NCBI GenBank assembly: GCA_030697705.1 | Contig: JAUYPE010000012.1 | Span: forward strand, 1 to 59,206 | Reading direction: 5' to 3' | Source: a bacterium | GTDB lineage: Bacteria > Patescibacteriota > Minisyncoccia > Sungbacterales > HO2-52-23 | DNA: 59,206 nt | Shown: positions 37,020 through 45,244 of the stretch, piece by piece | Layout: each line of letters starts with the position of its first letter | Numbering within the stretch: the first letter of the stretch is position 1 | Translations under genes and position numbers: made by a program | Notes under the pieces: model-generated | The model's database searches: none | The model's input: the letters and a program-made list of their open reading frames with translations, nothing else | Told to the model about the DNA's origin: nothing

Positions 37020-37301
37020 TTATATCGCCGGTACGACCGTCACAACTTTTGCGCGGCGAAGCGTTCCATCAAAACGGATTTTACGCTTGGTCAGAAACTT
37101 CACTATGCCGTCACGCATTGCATATAGCGTATCGTCGCCGCCCCGCTTGACGCCCGTTCCGGCAAGAAACTTTGCGCCGCGCTGGCGGATAAGAATATTG
37201 CCGGTCTTGACGATCTGACCATCTGATTTCTTGATGCCAAGATACTTCGGCTGTGCATCGCGTCCGTATTTGGTTGAACCGCCTGATTTAGTATGTGCCA
37301 T
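37020..37301 (-). CDS. rpmA: 50S ribosomal protein L27
   Basis: [24 protein letters not shown]...IRQRG is the canonical L27 sequence. Confidence 0.96.
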   Translation of the reverse strand: MAHTKSGGSTKYGRDAQPKYLGIKKSDGQIVKTGNILIRQRGAKFLAGTGVKRGGDDTLYAMRDGIVKFLTKRKIRFDGTLRRAKVVTVVPAI

Positions 37302-37345
37302 AAGGCAAAAAAATTACCCACTATATCTAAAAAACCGACAAAGGC

Positions 37346-37783
37346 ATGATAGCAAAAGGGTACCGAAAAGTCAAAGAGGTGTTTGAGGAACACCGGAGCG
37401 ACTTTTTTATAGCCGCCATCATCTTTCTGACCGCGCTGGCGAGCTTTGGTTTGGGGCGCCTTTCCGTCATCTGGCCTCGTTCCGATCCTCTTACGATCAG
37501 CGATTTGCCATCTAGGGACTCTTCTTCTCCTGCCATCCAAGCGGCTGTGGACATTCCACCCCTAAAAAATAATCCTGATAATACGACGACGGTACGCGGC
37601 GTCGCTCAATCTGTTGCAGGGGAGGGGAGATATGTTGCCTCAAAAAGCGGTACGCGTTATCATTTCTCATGGTGTCCAAGCGCGCTTAAAATAAAAAAAG
37701 AAAATAAGCTTATATTTGCCACCGCGGCAGAGGCGCGCGCAAAAGGATATACGCCTGCCGCCAATTGCCCGGGTCTTGATTGA
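37346..37783 (+). CDS. membrane-anchored protein with a C-terminal Ada-like/sunset-type domain
   Basis: N-terminal TM, and a C-terminal YVASKSGTRYHFSWCP...IFATAAEARAKGYTPAANCPG resembling the small metal-binding domain common in such genomes. Confidence 0.6.
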   Translation: MIAKGYRKVKEVFEEHRSDFFIAAIIFLTALASFGLGRLSVIWPRSDPLTISDLPSRDSSSPAIQAAVDIPPLKNNPDNTTTVRGVAQSVAGEGRYVASKSGTRYHFSWCPSALKIKKENKLIFATAAEARAKGYTPAANCPGLD

Positions 37784-37871
37784 CTTGCTTCCTGAATCGT
37801 ATTTCAATATGGTGAGGATGGGAAAAAGATCCTTGAAAGCGAAAACATGCATCCCTAAGGAAGGGAGACTG

Positions 37872-38246
37872 ATGCTGAAACAGATTACTATCGCTCTTCT
37901 GCCGCATGACAAAAAGTCCTTGGAGCGAATCTCCGCCGAACGGCACTTGGTTTCCGATATTATCATAGAACGGCTCATTGCCCTGATTCGTCTGGGTCTG
38001 GCAGGACAACTTGTCCACTGGCCATCGCGGGCAAAAATGGAAGAGGTGATAGCGCGGACGCGAACGCACATCCAATTAATCCGTATACCTGCTATCCTTG
38101 AGAGCGGCGTATATGAAGAACTCACGGAAACATTAAAAAACAATGAGAGAGAGCTCTTGAGCGCCCATCTCTTTCATCAGGCGCTTCTGTTATTCCTCGT
38201 CGCCTATCCTCCTCCGGAAAAGCAAAAAGCCATCCCCAGCGGCTAA
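37872..38246 (+). CDS. single-chain tandem ribbon-helix-helix protein (two RHH-like repeats)
   Basis: ORF 37716..38246 trimmed to the ATG at 37872 (SD AAGGAAGGGAG). Repeat 1 is KQITIALLPHDKKSLERISAERHLVSDIIIERLIALI. Repeat 2 is IQLIRIPAILESGVYEELTETLKNNERELLSAHLFHQALLLF. Confidence 0.55.
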   Translation: MLKQITIALLPHDKKSLERISAERHLVSDIIIERLIALIRLGLAGQLVHWPSRAKMEEVIARTRTHIQLIRIPAILESGVYEELTETLKNNERELLSAHLFHQALLLFLVAYPPPEKQKAIPSG

Positions 38247-38252
38247 AAAACT

Positions 38253-38285
38253 GACACACCGAAATGGAATTTTCGGTGTGTCTTT
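38253..38285. terminator. bidirectional intrinsic terminator
   Basis: GACACACCGAAA-TGGAA-TTTCGGTGTGTC flanked by A6 and TTT, between convergent genes. Confidence 0.65.
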
Positions 38286-38320
38286 ATGAAATACCGTTGC
38301 ATGGAAATAGCGGGATATTT

Positions 38321-39571
38321 TTATAGCACCGCGTCTTCATCCTTTGTCGCATCTCCATCCTTCTCCACCACGCCCGCTCCTTTAGCCGAGGATGCGGAAA
38401 GTACCGTATATTCGCGCGCCACCCGCCGCGCCTCCTCCACCGCAATGCGCGCTTCCGCCGGAAGTTCTTTAAGGATTTTCTTAAGCTTTGTCTCATCAGC
38501 TTTCAGGATGGTCTCCCACATGCCGAGCGGTTCCAGCGCGGCTTTTATTTTTTCCATATCATAGGCATAACGCTGGGCCGTCTTTTTGGCGATCACGCCG
38601 CCGGCACCGAATATCCGGGTAACTCGCTCCTGTTCCATGTACGCTTTTATCGCTACCTGCAGTCTTGAGATCTTCTCCTTGTCCTCTTTCTCACGTTTTT
38701 TTATGGCGAAATATTCCGCCATCGCAGAGTCAATTTCATCTTTTTCCAATGTTTTTCCGTCTGCTTGTTTCTTATACAGATGTCGCCATGCGGGGCAGAG
38801 CGGGCGATAGCCGCACCAATTGCAGAGCGGTCCGGGCACGGGTTCAAACGGTTTTCCTGTGCGTAGGCGCTCTTCTATTTCAAAAATTGTTTTTAAAAAA
38901 TACTCCTTCGTCTCTGCGGCGGTTTTTTGATTTGCCGTCGTACTCAATTTTTCGCCATGCTTTATGAAGTATAAGCTCAACATTATTTCTTCCGGCTTGA
39001 GATGTGGCCACCGATCCTGCAAACCGGTGGCATACAATGAAAGCTGAATGTCGCGATCAATCACTTCTTGCGCGGGCATGCGCTTACTTGTTTTGTAATC
39101 AATAATCTCATATCCGCCATCGGGAAGCCGGTCAATGCGGTCAATAATACCCGCAATGGTATGTGTTATACCCGTTTTTTCATCCGTAAGCGTGATGGTA
39201 AAGCGCGACTCTAAATCAACCACATGAAAGTTCCATGGCGCGTTTTTTTCGTAAAACCGCTTGAGCATGATGACACCTTGCCGAAAATACGCCTGCTCCT
39301 CCGACTCATCCCACGGCGACTTCTGAAAATCCCACGCCGCGTCTTTATTAAAATTATCCAGTTTTGGCCAGTTTGCGCGGAAGTGTTCAACCACCTCGTC
39401 CAGCGTAGGGAAGAGGGGATCGCGGGAGAACATAAATCGGAGCGTGCTGTGAATAAGCGTGCCGAAAATCGCCTCCCGCGATTTGGGAACGCGAATCTTC
39501 TCCACTTCTTGAAAATAATACCGTTGGGGACACTGCTTGTATGTCCCTATTGCGGAATATGAGGTTCGCAT
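38321..39571 (-). CDS. PD-(D/E)XK nuclease, Cas4/AddB-like with a four-Cys Fe-S signature and a C-terminal helical extension
   Basis: ORF 38321..39916 trimmed to MRTSYSAIGTYKQCPQRYYF. The nuclease core is VDLESRF...IIDRIDRL...YEIIDYKTSK. The Cys pattern is one N-terminal C plus CNWCGYRPLCP (C-x2-C-x5-C). About 130 aa of charged helical tail follows. Confidence 0.85.
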   Translation of the reverse strand: MRTSYSAIGTYKQCPQRYYFQEVEKIRVPKSREAIFGTLIHSTLRFMFSRDPLFPTLDEVVEHFRANWPKLDNFNKDAAWDFQKSPWDESEEQAYFRQGVIMLKRFYEKNAPWNFHVVDLESRFTITLTDEKTGITHTIAGIIDRIDRLPDGGYEIIDYKTSKRMPAQEVIDRDIQLSLYATGLQDRWPHLKPEEIMLSLYFIKHGEKLSTTANQKTAAETKEYFLKTIFEIEERLRTGKPFEPVPGPLCNWCGYRPLCPAWRHLYKKQADGKTLEKDEIDSAMAEYFAIKKREKEDKEKISRLQVAIKAYMEQERVTRIFGAGGVIAKKTAQRYAYDMEKIKAALEPLGMWETILKADETKLKKILKELPAEARIAVEEARRVAREYTVLSASSAKGAGVVEKDGDATKDEDAVL

Positions 39572-39646
39572 GGTATAGATGGTTATAGGTATGTAAGTAT
39601 ACAGCAACTTGACACTTATAGGCAAAAACAGGGGGAGAGCGCAAGG

Positions 39647-39874
39647 ATGGAGAATCACAAAGTTCAACTTATTTTTAGTCCAAGAGCGGTTGCTGGCCTG
39701 AAACGTCTCAAAACGCGGATCGGGGCAACTTCCCAAGCGGATACCGTCCGCTACGCGATTGACCTTGTCCTCTGGATTGGTGACGAGATAGACAAAGGGA
39801 ACACGTTCTGTTTGAAGACAACAGATGGAGAAATTCAAAAAGTCCTGCTCCCATTTATGAGGCCTATGGATTAA
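39647..39874 (+). CDS. ribbon-helix-helix protein, paralogue 1 (75 aa)
   Basis: KVQLIFSPRAVAGLKRLKTRIGATSQADTVRYAIDLVLWI fits a strand-helix-helix pattern. The C-terminal GNTFCLKTTDGEIQKVLLPF tail is shared with paralogue 3 (about 45% identity by eye). Confidence 0.65.
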   Translation: MENHKVQLIFSPRAVAGLKRLKTRIGATSQADTVRYAIDLVLWIGDEIDKGNTFCLKTTDGEIQKVLLPFMRPMD

Positions 39875-39903
39875 ATGCGGATCTTTAAAAGAGGGGACTA
39901 GGC

Positions 39904-40149
39904 GTGTCAATTCCAATGTGGCGCGATAAAGGTCTTAAGTACTTTGCCATCTGGCTATTTGGCGGGCTTCCAATTGATGTCTTAGCGGGAACGCTCATTC
40001 TACTCGATGTCCTCTATTTTTTTTCATCGGATTCCGTGCTTGCCTCGCCGTTTGCTTTCACGGCCTCCTGCACGGTTCTATTCTGCTTATATTTCTGGTA
40101 TCTTCGGGATAAAATAGTTCGTCTCTACCTTTATCGCTGGCTCAAATGA
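39904..40149 (+). CDS. hypothetical small membrane protein (2-3 TM)
   Basis: GTG start with an AGAGGGGA SD. Hydrophobic segments are YFAIWLFGGLPIDVLAGTLILLDVLYFF and FAFTASCTVLFCLYFWYL. It sits between RHH paralogues. Confidence 0.45.
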   Translation: MSIPMWRDKGLKYFAIWLFGGLPIDVLAGTLILLDVLYFFSSDSVLASPFAFTASCTVLFCLYFWYLRDKIVRLYLYRWLK

Positions 40150-40165
40150 AAATAGGAGTAATAGT

Positions 40166-40426
40166 ATGGCTAAAGATAGGCGCTATCAGAAGATTCAGCT
40201 TGATGTTTCTCAACGCACCTTTGATCAGCTGAATCGTCTTCAATCCCAAATAGACGCAAGTTCACGAGCAGAGGTGGTCAGAAAAGCCCTTTACATGCTT
40301 GATTGGCTCGTGTCAAAAATTAATGAAGGTTCCGAAATAATGACAAAACGAGTAGGTACTGATGAGTTAGTTTCTATAGAATTTCCTCTACTATATATTC
40401 ACCCAACAGAGAGAACATCACAATGA
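40166..40426 (+). CDS. ribbon-helix-helix protein, paralogue 2 (86 aa)
   Basis: KIQLDVSQRTFDQLNRLQSQIDASSRAEVVRKALYMLDWLV, with an AGGAG SD and low GC. Confidence 0.6.
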   Translation: MAKDRRYQKIQLDVSQRTFDQLNRLQSQIDASSRAEVVRKALYMLDWLVSKINEGSEIMTKRVGTDELVSIEFPLLYIHPTERTSQ

Positions 40427-40674
40427 ACACACAAAAGGTTCAGTTTAATCTTAGTCAAACGGCGCTAGATAGTTTGGATCATCTCAAAGAAGAGATTGGT
40501 GCATCATCAAGAGCGGAACTCGTTCGATCTGCCATAAATCTAGCACAATGGATTGTGAATGAGATGAAAGAAGGTAATACTATCTGTATAGAAATAAAGG
40601 GTGGAGAAATTCAAAAAGTTGTACTTCCATTTATTACGCTATCACGCGTAAAAAACTCAACAGAAAAACAGTAA
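40423..40674 (+). CDS. ribbon-helix-helix protein, paralogue 3 (83 aa)
   Basis: KVQFNLSQTALDSLDHLKEEIGASSRAELVRSAINLAQWIV plus a GNTICIEIKGGEIQKVVLPF tail. An ATGA overlap with paralogue 2 suggests translational coupling. Confidence 0.65.
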   Translation: MNTQKVQFNLSQTALDSLDHLKEEIGASSRAELVRSAINLAQWIVNEMKEGNTICIEIKGGEIQKVVLPFITLSRVKNSTEKQ

Positions 40675-40684
40675 AACTATATCG

Positions 40685-40714
40685 GCAGGAAGGGGAGACC
40701 TTTCCTGCTTTTTT
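40685..40714 (+). terminator. intrinsic terminator
   Basis: GCAGGAAGG-loop-CCTTTCCTGC followed by a T6 run. Confidence 0.7.
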
Positions 40715-40819
40715 ATTGGGGATCTATGGATCCCCCTTGTGGGGATAACTTGGCTTTTCTCCCTTTACCTAATTGAGTATAATATCCCTAACATCCAATT
40801 AATATAAGTATATAGCCCT

Positions 40820-41752
40820 ATGCTTCCTTTCAAAGAAGATTTTCTGTTAAGCATCAAGACGAACAACTACTCGCCCGAGACGGTCTATAATTATGAACGG
40901 GATTTGGCGGTATTTGAGTATTTTTTGGAGCATGATGTACGCACCGCATTTTCCGATGTGAGCAAGCGGACTGTTGAACTGTACAAAGCATACCTGACGT
41001 CGCGCGACCGCAAGACAGCGGATCATGCCGCCAGCCAACAGGCGCTCGCCGCGGGATCCATTAATCGGACGCTTTCCAGTTTGCGGCGTTATCTGAAGTA
41101 TCTTATTGAGCTTGATGAAGTATCACCCGTGCCGCCCGAAGCGGTGCGCCTACTCAAGATGCCTAAGAAACACGCGCGTGTCGCGGAACTTGATGACCTC
41201 ATCCGACTCATCGAGTCCCCCACCGCATATGAAAAAAAGAGGGAAGTGGCGTTACGTAACCGCGCTATACTGGAGATGCTCTTTGCCACCGGTATGCGCA
41301 TCTCCGAACTCACCGCGCTGAATAAAAATCAACTGGACGCGACGGGAAGAATTTTCATCCGTGGCAAGGGACGGAAGGAGCGTTTTGTCTATTTGACGGA
41401 ACGTGCTACTCGCTGTATCGCCGATTATCTCAAAATCCGTGGTGACGACTCCCCCGCTTTGTTTCTTCCCACGCGCGGACGTAATAGCGGGAGCGCCAAA
41501 GCGCGCATCTCGCCCAATTACGTGCAGATGAAAATAAAACAATATCGTGAGCGGCTTGGTATCAATGTGCCAACTTCGGCGCATTCATTCCGCCATGGCT
41601 TCGCGACCTATCTTGCCGAAGAGGGTGCGAACCCCGCCGCCATCCAAATTCTTCTCGGCCATGAGTCGCTTCACACCACCACGCGCTATGTCCATGCCTC
41701 GGATGCGTACGCGGAAAAAACGCACAAACAATTCCACCCGTTAAAAAAATAA
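40820..41752 (+). CDS. tyrosine recombinase (XerC/XerD-like)
   Basis: N-terminal SAM-like core-binding domain, and catalytic residues in TGMRISEL and HSFRHGFATYL...LLGHESLHTTTRYVH. The GC content is typical of the flanking chromosome. Confidence 0.9.
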   Translation: MLPFKEDFLLSIKTNNYSPETVYNYERDLAVFEYFLEHDVRTAFSDVSKRTVELYKAYLTSRDRKTADHAASQQALAAGSINRTLSSLRRYLKYLIELDEVSPVPPEAVRLLKMPKKHARVAELDDLIRLIESPTAYEKKREVALRNRAILEMLFATGMRISELTALNKNQLDATGRIFIRGKGRKERFVYLTERATRCIADYLKIRGDDSPALFLPTRGRNSGSAKARISPNYVQMKIKQYRERLGINVPTSAHSFRHGFATYLAEEGANPAAIQILLGHESLHTTTRYVHASDAYAEKTHKQFHPLKK

Positions 41753-41807
41753 TAGACCTACTGCATAATAATTTTCGTAGCAGAAAGGTTATTATGCAGT
41801 AGGTCTA
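41753..41807. repeat. perfect 19 bp inverted repeat with a 17 nt spacer
   Basis: TAGACCTACTGCATAATAA-17 nt-TTATTATGCAGTAGGTCTA, starting directly after the recombinase stop. No U-tract follows. Confidence 0.9.
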
Positions 41808-41845
41808 ATGAACGACCGATATCGGTAGCACGCATCCGAGAGGAA

Positions 41846-43186
41846 TTATAGATAACGTTCCGGATCAAGATAACCGTTTACGGGAGCAATGGGGAGCGTC
41901 ATTGGTCGCCCACATACTTTTGATTGAATGGTTTGAATCTGCACCGCTTCCGCGGCATAGAGGCCGAAGTGCAGATGCGGGCCCGTCGCGTAACCTGTCG
42001 CGCCCGAGTAACCAATGACCGTACCGCGCACGACGCGCGCGCCCGTTGACGTATTAATAGATGAGAGATGCGCATAAATCGTAGCGAGATGATTGTCATG
42101 GCGGATAAGAACCCACTTGCCATAAGACGCTCCCCGGCATCCGACATCCGTATCCCCTACCCCCGCAATCACGCCGCTCTCTGACGAAAGAACGGGTGTG
42201 CCGATGGCGGCACGGAAGTCAACGCCGTTATGACCGTAGATGCCTCCATAACCGCCAGTTCGGGCGAATTCCGTGTACCCGAAATGTTGGGTGAGACAAT
42301 TCTCCGCCTTTGCGCCGGTGGTGCCACAGGACGTGAGAGAGACGCTCGGAAGCGGATATCCGAGTACGCCTCTGCCTTGCGTAGGGATGGATGACGCATC
42401 CAAAGTAAATTTGATCTGCTCCTCAATCTTTGTTACCTCATCCTCCAGTGCCGCTTTTTGTTTCTCGCGTGCGACAAGCAGTTGCTGATAGCGCTGTTCC
42501 TGATTTCTCGTCTCGGCGAGAACAATTTTTTTATCGACCTGGGTCGTCTCTTGAATTTTTTTGCGTGCGGCAAGTGAACTTTGCAAATCTTCAAGCGCGG
42601 CTCTTTTTTCATCCGCTTGAGCACGCTCTTTCTGCAAATCCGCGCGCGTGGTATGGAGTGTGCCCACGGTTGCAAGCATACCGTGTTTTAACTGCGTCAG
42701 CGCATCCAGCGCGCTGAAAAAATCGGAAAGCGGTCGACCGCGCACAAATGTTGCAATAATAAACGGCTCCTGCTCCTTGTGGGCGAGCGTGCGCACGGCG
42801 TCTGCTAAGCCCGCCTGCAAGCTTGCAATAGAGGCCTGTTTTTTGGCTATCTCCAGAGCCAGTGCTTGAATTTCCAAAACAGTCCGGCTTACTTTACCCT
42901 CCGTTACGGCAATATCTCCACGCAACTGGCGGATACTGGCGTCAATGCGGGCAAGTTCTCCTTTGAGCGTTTTTCCTTTTTCCTGGCTCACGACAATCTC
43001 CGCGCGGTATTGCCGCGCCTGCTCCTCCAGCTTTGCTATCTCCGCCTTTTTATCATTAATTCCCTTGTAGAGATCCTCCAGCGTTCCGGCATTTACAGAA
43101 AGCAACGACAAAAAAACAACCGCACAAAAAGCGGCCAGAGCTAAACCGGTTTTCACTACGGTAACTCTGTGGCTTGTCATGAGCAT
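41846..43186 (-). CDS. M23-family peptidase with an N-terminal coiled coil (EnvC-like)
   Basis: Signal/TM segment, a long coiled coil, and the LytM motifs HNGVDF and GPHLHFGLY. Confidence 0.88.
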   Translation of the reverse strand: MLMTSHRVTVVKTGLALAAFCAVVFLSLLSVNAGTLEDLYKGINDKKAEIAKLEEQARQYRAEIVVSQEKGKTLKGELARIDASIRQLRGDIAVTEGKVSRTVLEIQALALEIAKKQASIASLQAGLADAVRTLAHKEQEPFIIATFVRGRPLSDFFSALDALTQLKHGMLATVGTLHTTRADLQKERAQADEKRAALEDLQSSLAARKKIQETTQVDKKIVLAETRNQEQRYQQLLVAREKQKAALEDEVTKIEEQIKFTLDASSIPTQGRGVLGYPLPSVSLTSCGTTGAKAENCLTQHFGYTEFARTGGYGGIYGHNGVDFRAAIGTPVLSSESGVIAGVGDTDVGCRGASYGKWVLIRHDNHLATIYAHLSSINTSTGARVVRGTVIGYSGATGYATGPHLHFGLYAAEAVQIQTIQSKVCGRPMTLPIAPVNGYLDPERYL

Positions 43187-44634
43187 TTTTTTATCGCCTC
43201 ACCGATGCGGCACCCCGACTTATCTTTTCCCAAAACTGTCAGTATCTCAAACGGACCCGGCGATATCTTCCGCCCCGACATTGCGGCGCGGAGGGGCCAC
43301 AAAAGTTCGCCTTTGCTCCCCTCTCCTATCGCGGCAAGAAACGCACGCTCAACATCTGTCGGAGACCATGGCTCTGCTATGCTATTTATGATCTCCGCGC
43401 TTCGGTTTAGTGAGGTAAGTATAGCAGAATCGTCCATCATTTTCCATCGGAGCAGTTCTTTTTCGTACACCGGTGGGCGGAAAAAATACTCTGCCGCCGA
43501 CCCTATTTCTGCAAGTTTTTTGAGCCGCGGCTGTTCCAGCGCTATAACACGCTTAATATATTCTTTTGGGAAGTCGGAATTCGGTAATGCTAATCCCAGA
43601 TGCGTGTTCAAAAACGGGAGAACAAGTTCGGTCAGTTCAGACACGGATTTCGCGCGAATATATTCGCCGTTCATCCAGTCAAGTTTTTTGACATCAAAAA
43701 TCGCACCCGACTTCTGTATTTTCTCAAACGAGAAGGCGGCAATAAGCTCACGGTGCGACATGATCTCGCGGTCGTCGCCCGGACTCCAGCCGAGAAGGGC
43801 GATGAAGTTCACGAGCGTCTCGGGAAGATAACCCGCATTTTTATAGTCAATAATGGATGTCGCGCCATGGCGTTTGGACAATTTTGAGCGGTCGGGACCC
43901 AGAATCAGCGGCAGGTGGGCGTATTCCGGAACCACAAAACTGAGCGCCTCTATAAGGAGCAGTTGTTTTGGCGTATTGGGAATATGATCCTCCCCGCGAA
44001 TGACGTGCGTAATATGCATCGCATAGTCGTCTACGACAACGGCGAAGTTATAAAGTGGGACATCAATACGTTTGGCGATGGAAAAGTCACCAAGAAGATC
44101 AGAATCAAATGAAAGCTCTCCGCGAATGAGATCATGAAAGACGATTTTTCTGCCGAGCGGCGTCTTGAAACGGATAATATAATCTTGCTTTGTTTCCGTG
44201 AGTATCTCGGCCTCCCGTGCATCAAGTGCGCGGAATTCGCACATATGAATAGGTGGTCGCTTGGCACCCATAAGTTGTTGGCGCTCGGCAACCAATTCCG
44301 CTTCGGAGTGAAAACAATAAAATGCCGTGCCCTCCGTGAGAAGTTTTTTGATGGCGATCACATAGTCCGCCATGCGCTCCGTTTGGCGGTAGGGCGCAAA
44401 TGGTCCGCCTTGTTCAGGACATTCATCCGGCAGAATCCCCAGCCACCGCAAACCTTCAAAAATATCCGCTTCATATTTTCTGTCCGAGCGCAAAAGATCC
44501 GTGTCCTCAATGCGCAAGACAAAACTTCCGCCATACCGTTTGGCGAAGAGGTAATTAAACAGCGCCGTCCGTGCGGTGCCGATATGGAGGTTTCCCGTTG
44601 GGCTTGGCGCTATTCTTACGCGAGGTGTTGACAT
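43177..44634 (-). CDS. gltX: glutamate--tRNA ligase
   Basis: HIGH motif (HIGTARTALFNY) and KMSKS motif (KLSKRHG). Confidence 0.95.
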   Translation of the reverse strand: MSTPRVRIAPSPTGNLHIGTARTALFNYLFAKRYGGSFVLRIEDTDLLRSDRKYEADIFEGLRWLGILPDECPEQGGPFAPYRQTERMADYVIAIKKLLTEGTAFYCFHSEAELVAERQQLMGAKRPPIHMCEFRALDAREAEILTETKQDYIIRFKTPLGRKIVFHDLIRGELSFDSDLLGDFSIAKRIDVPLYNFAVVVDDYAMHITHVIRGEDHIPNTPKQLLLIEALSFVVPEYAHLPLILGPDRSKLSKRHGATSIIDYKNAGYLPETLVNFIALLGWSPGDDREIMSHRELIAAFSFEKIQKSGAIFDVKKLDWMNGEYIRAKSVSELTELVLPFLNTHLGLALPNSDFPKEYIKRVIALEQPRLKKLAEIGSAAEYFFRPPVYEKELLRWKMMDDSAILTSLNRSAEIINSIAEPWSPTDVERAFLAAIGEGSKGELLWPLRAAMSGRKISPGPFEILTVLGKDKSGCRIGEAIKKCS

Positions 44635-44712
44635 GTAATCTTATTTAATATACAATGTGATTGCTAGAAAACAAGTTCTCCATACCTCCAATGAATCGAG
44701 AGGGACACTACC

Positions 44713-44976
44713 GTGTCGATAGGTCAAGAACAAAAAGGGTTGAGAAGGAGAGGCGCACCCCATTTTAGGCACATCATCGCCGCAAGCGTCTTTCTAGGGG
44801 CATGCTCCTCAATAGCATCTTCGTATCTGTTTTTAACACTTAAGATAGATTCCGGACCATCTCTTGTTGCTGGGATGTTGATCGGTCTCGTATTTTTTTG
44901 TGTCCCCGTAGTTGCAGGCATATTGCTCTATGCTGCTTGCAATTATCTTGCAGGGAAGCTTACACAAAAACAGTAG
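44713..44976 (+). CDS. hypothetical small membrane protein
   Basis: 87 aa with a GTG start and two hydrophobic segments. Uncertain. Confidence 0.3.
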   Translation: MSIGQEQKGLRRRGAPHFRHIIAASVFLGACSSIASSYLFLTLKIDSGPSLVAGMLIGLVFFCVPVVAGILLYAACNYLAGKLTQKQ

Positions 44977-45074
44977 ATTCTCATATCACACGCAGGGAAG
45001 AGGATGCAAAACATCCTTACCACCCTCCCCGCGTGTTTTTTTATTACAGAACTCATAAGCTTGTCCCCTATGCC

Positions 45075-45192
45075 GTCATTCCGAGCCCCGACTCGTCGGA
45101 GCGAGGAATCCCGTTAGTTTTCAGTATACTGAAATTGTACGGGATCCCTCCCTCACGGGACGCCTGCTGGCAGTCACTTCGTTCGGGATGAC
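45075..45192. repeat. palindromic repeat element, copy D
   Basis: GTCATTCCGAGCCCCGACTCGTCGGAGCGAGGAATCCCGTTAGTTTTCAGTATACTGAAATTGTACGGGATCCCTCCCTCACGGGACGCCTGCTGGCAGTCACTTCGTTCGGGATGAC. An extra GGAATGAC terminus lies at about 45208..45215. Confidence 0.85.
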
Positions 45193-45244
45193 AACATAGG
45201 GACGGACGGGAATGACAGACGGGGGTGCGATTTCATGAACAATC

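Noticed and set aside
40820-41752. The tyrosine recombinase might have been the integrase of a mobile element comprising the RHH islet.
   Set aside because: This was neither established nor fully excluded. The gene has the XerC/D domain layout and chromosomal-type GC, I found no flanking direct repeats, and it could simply be the chromosomal dimer-resolution recombinase. The linkage is reported as a hypothesis only.
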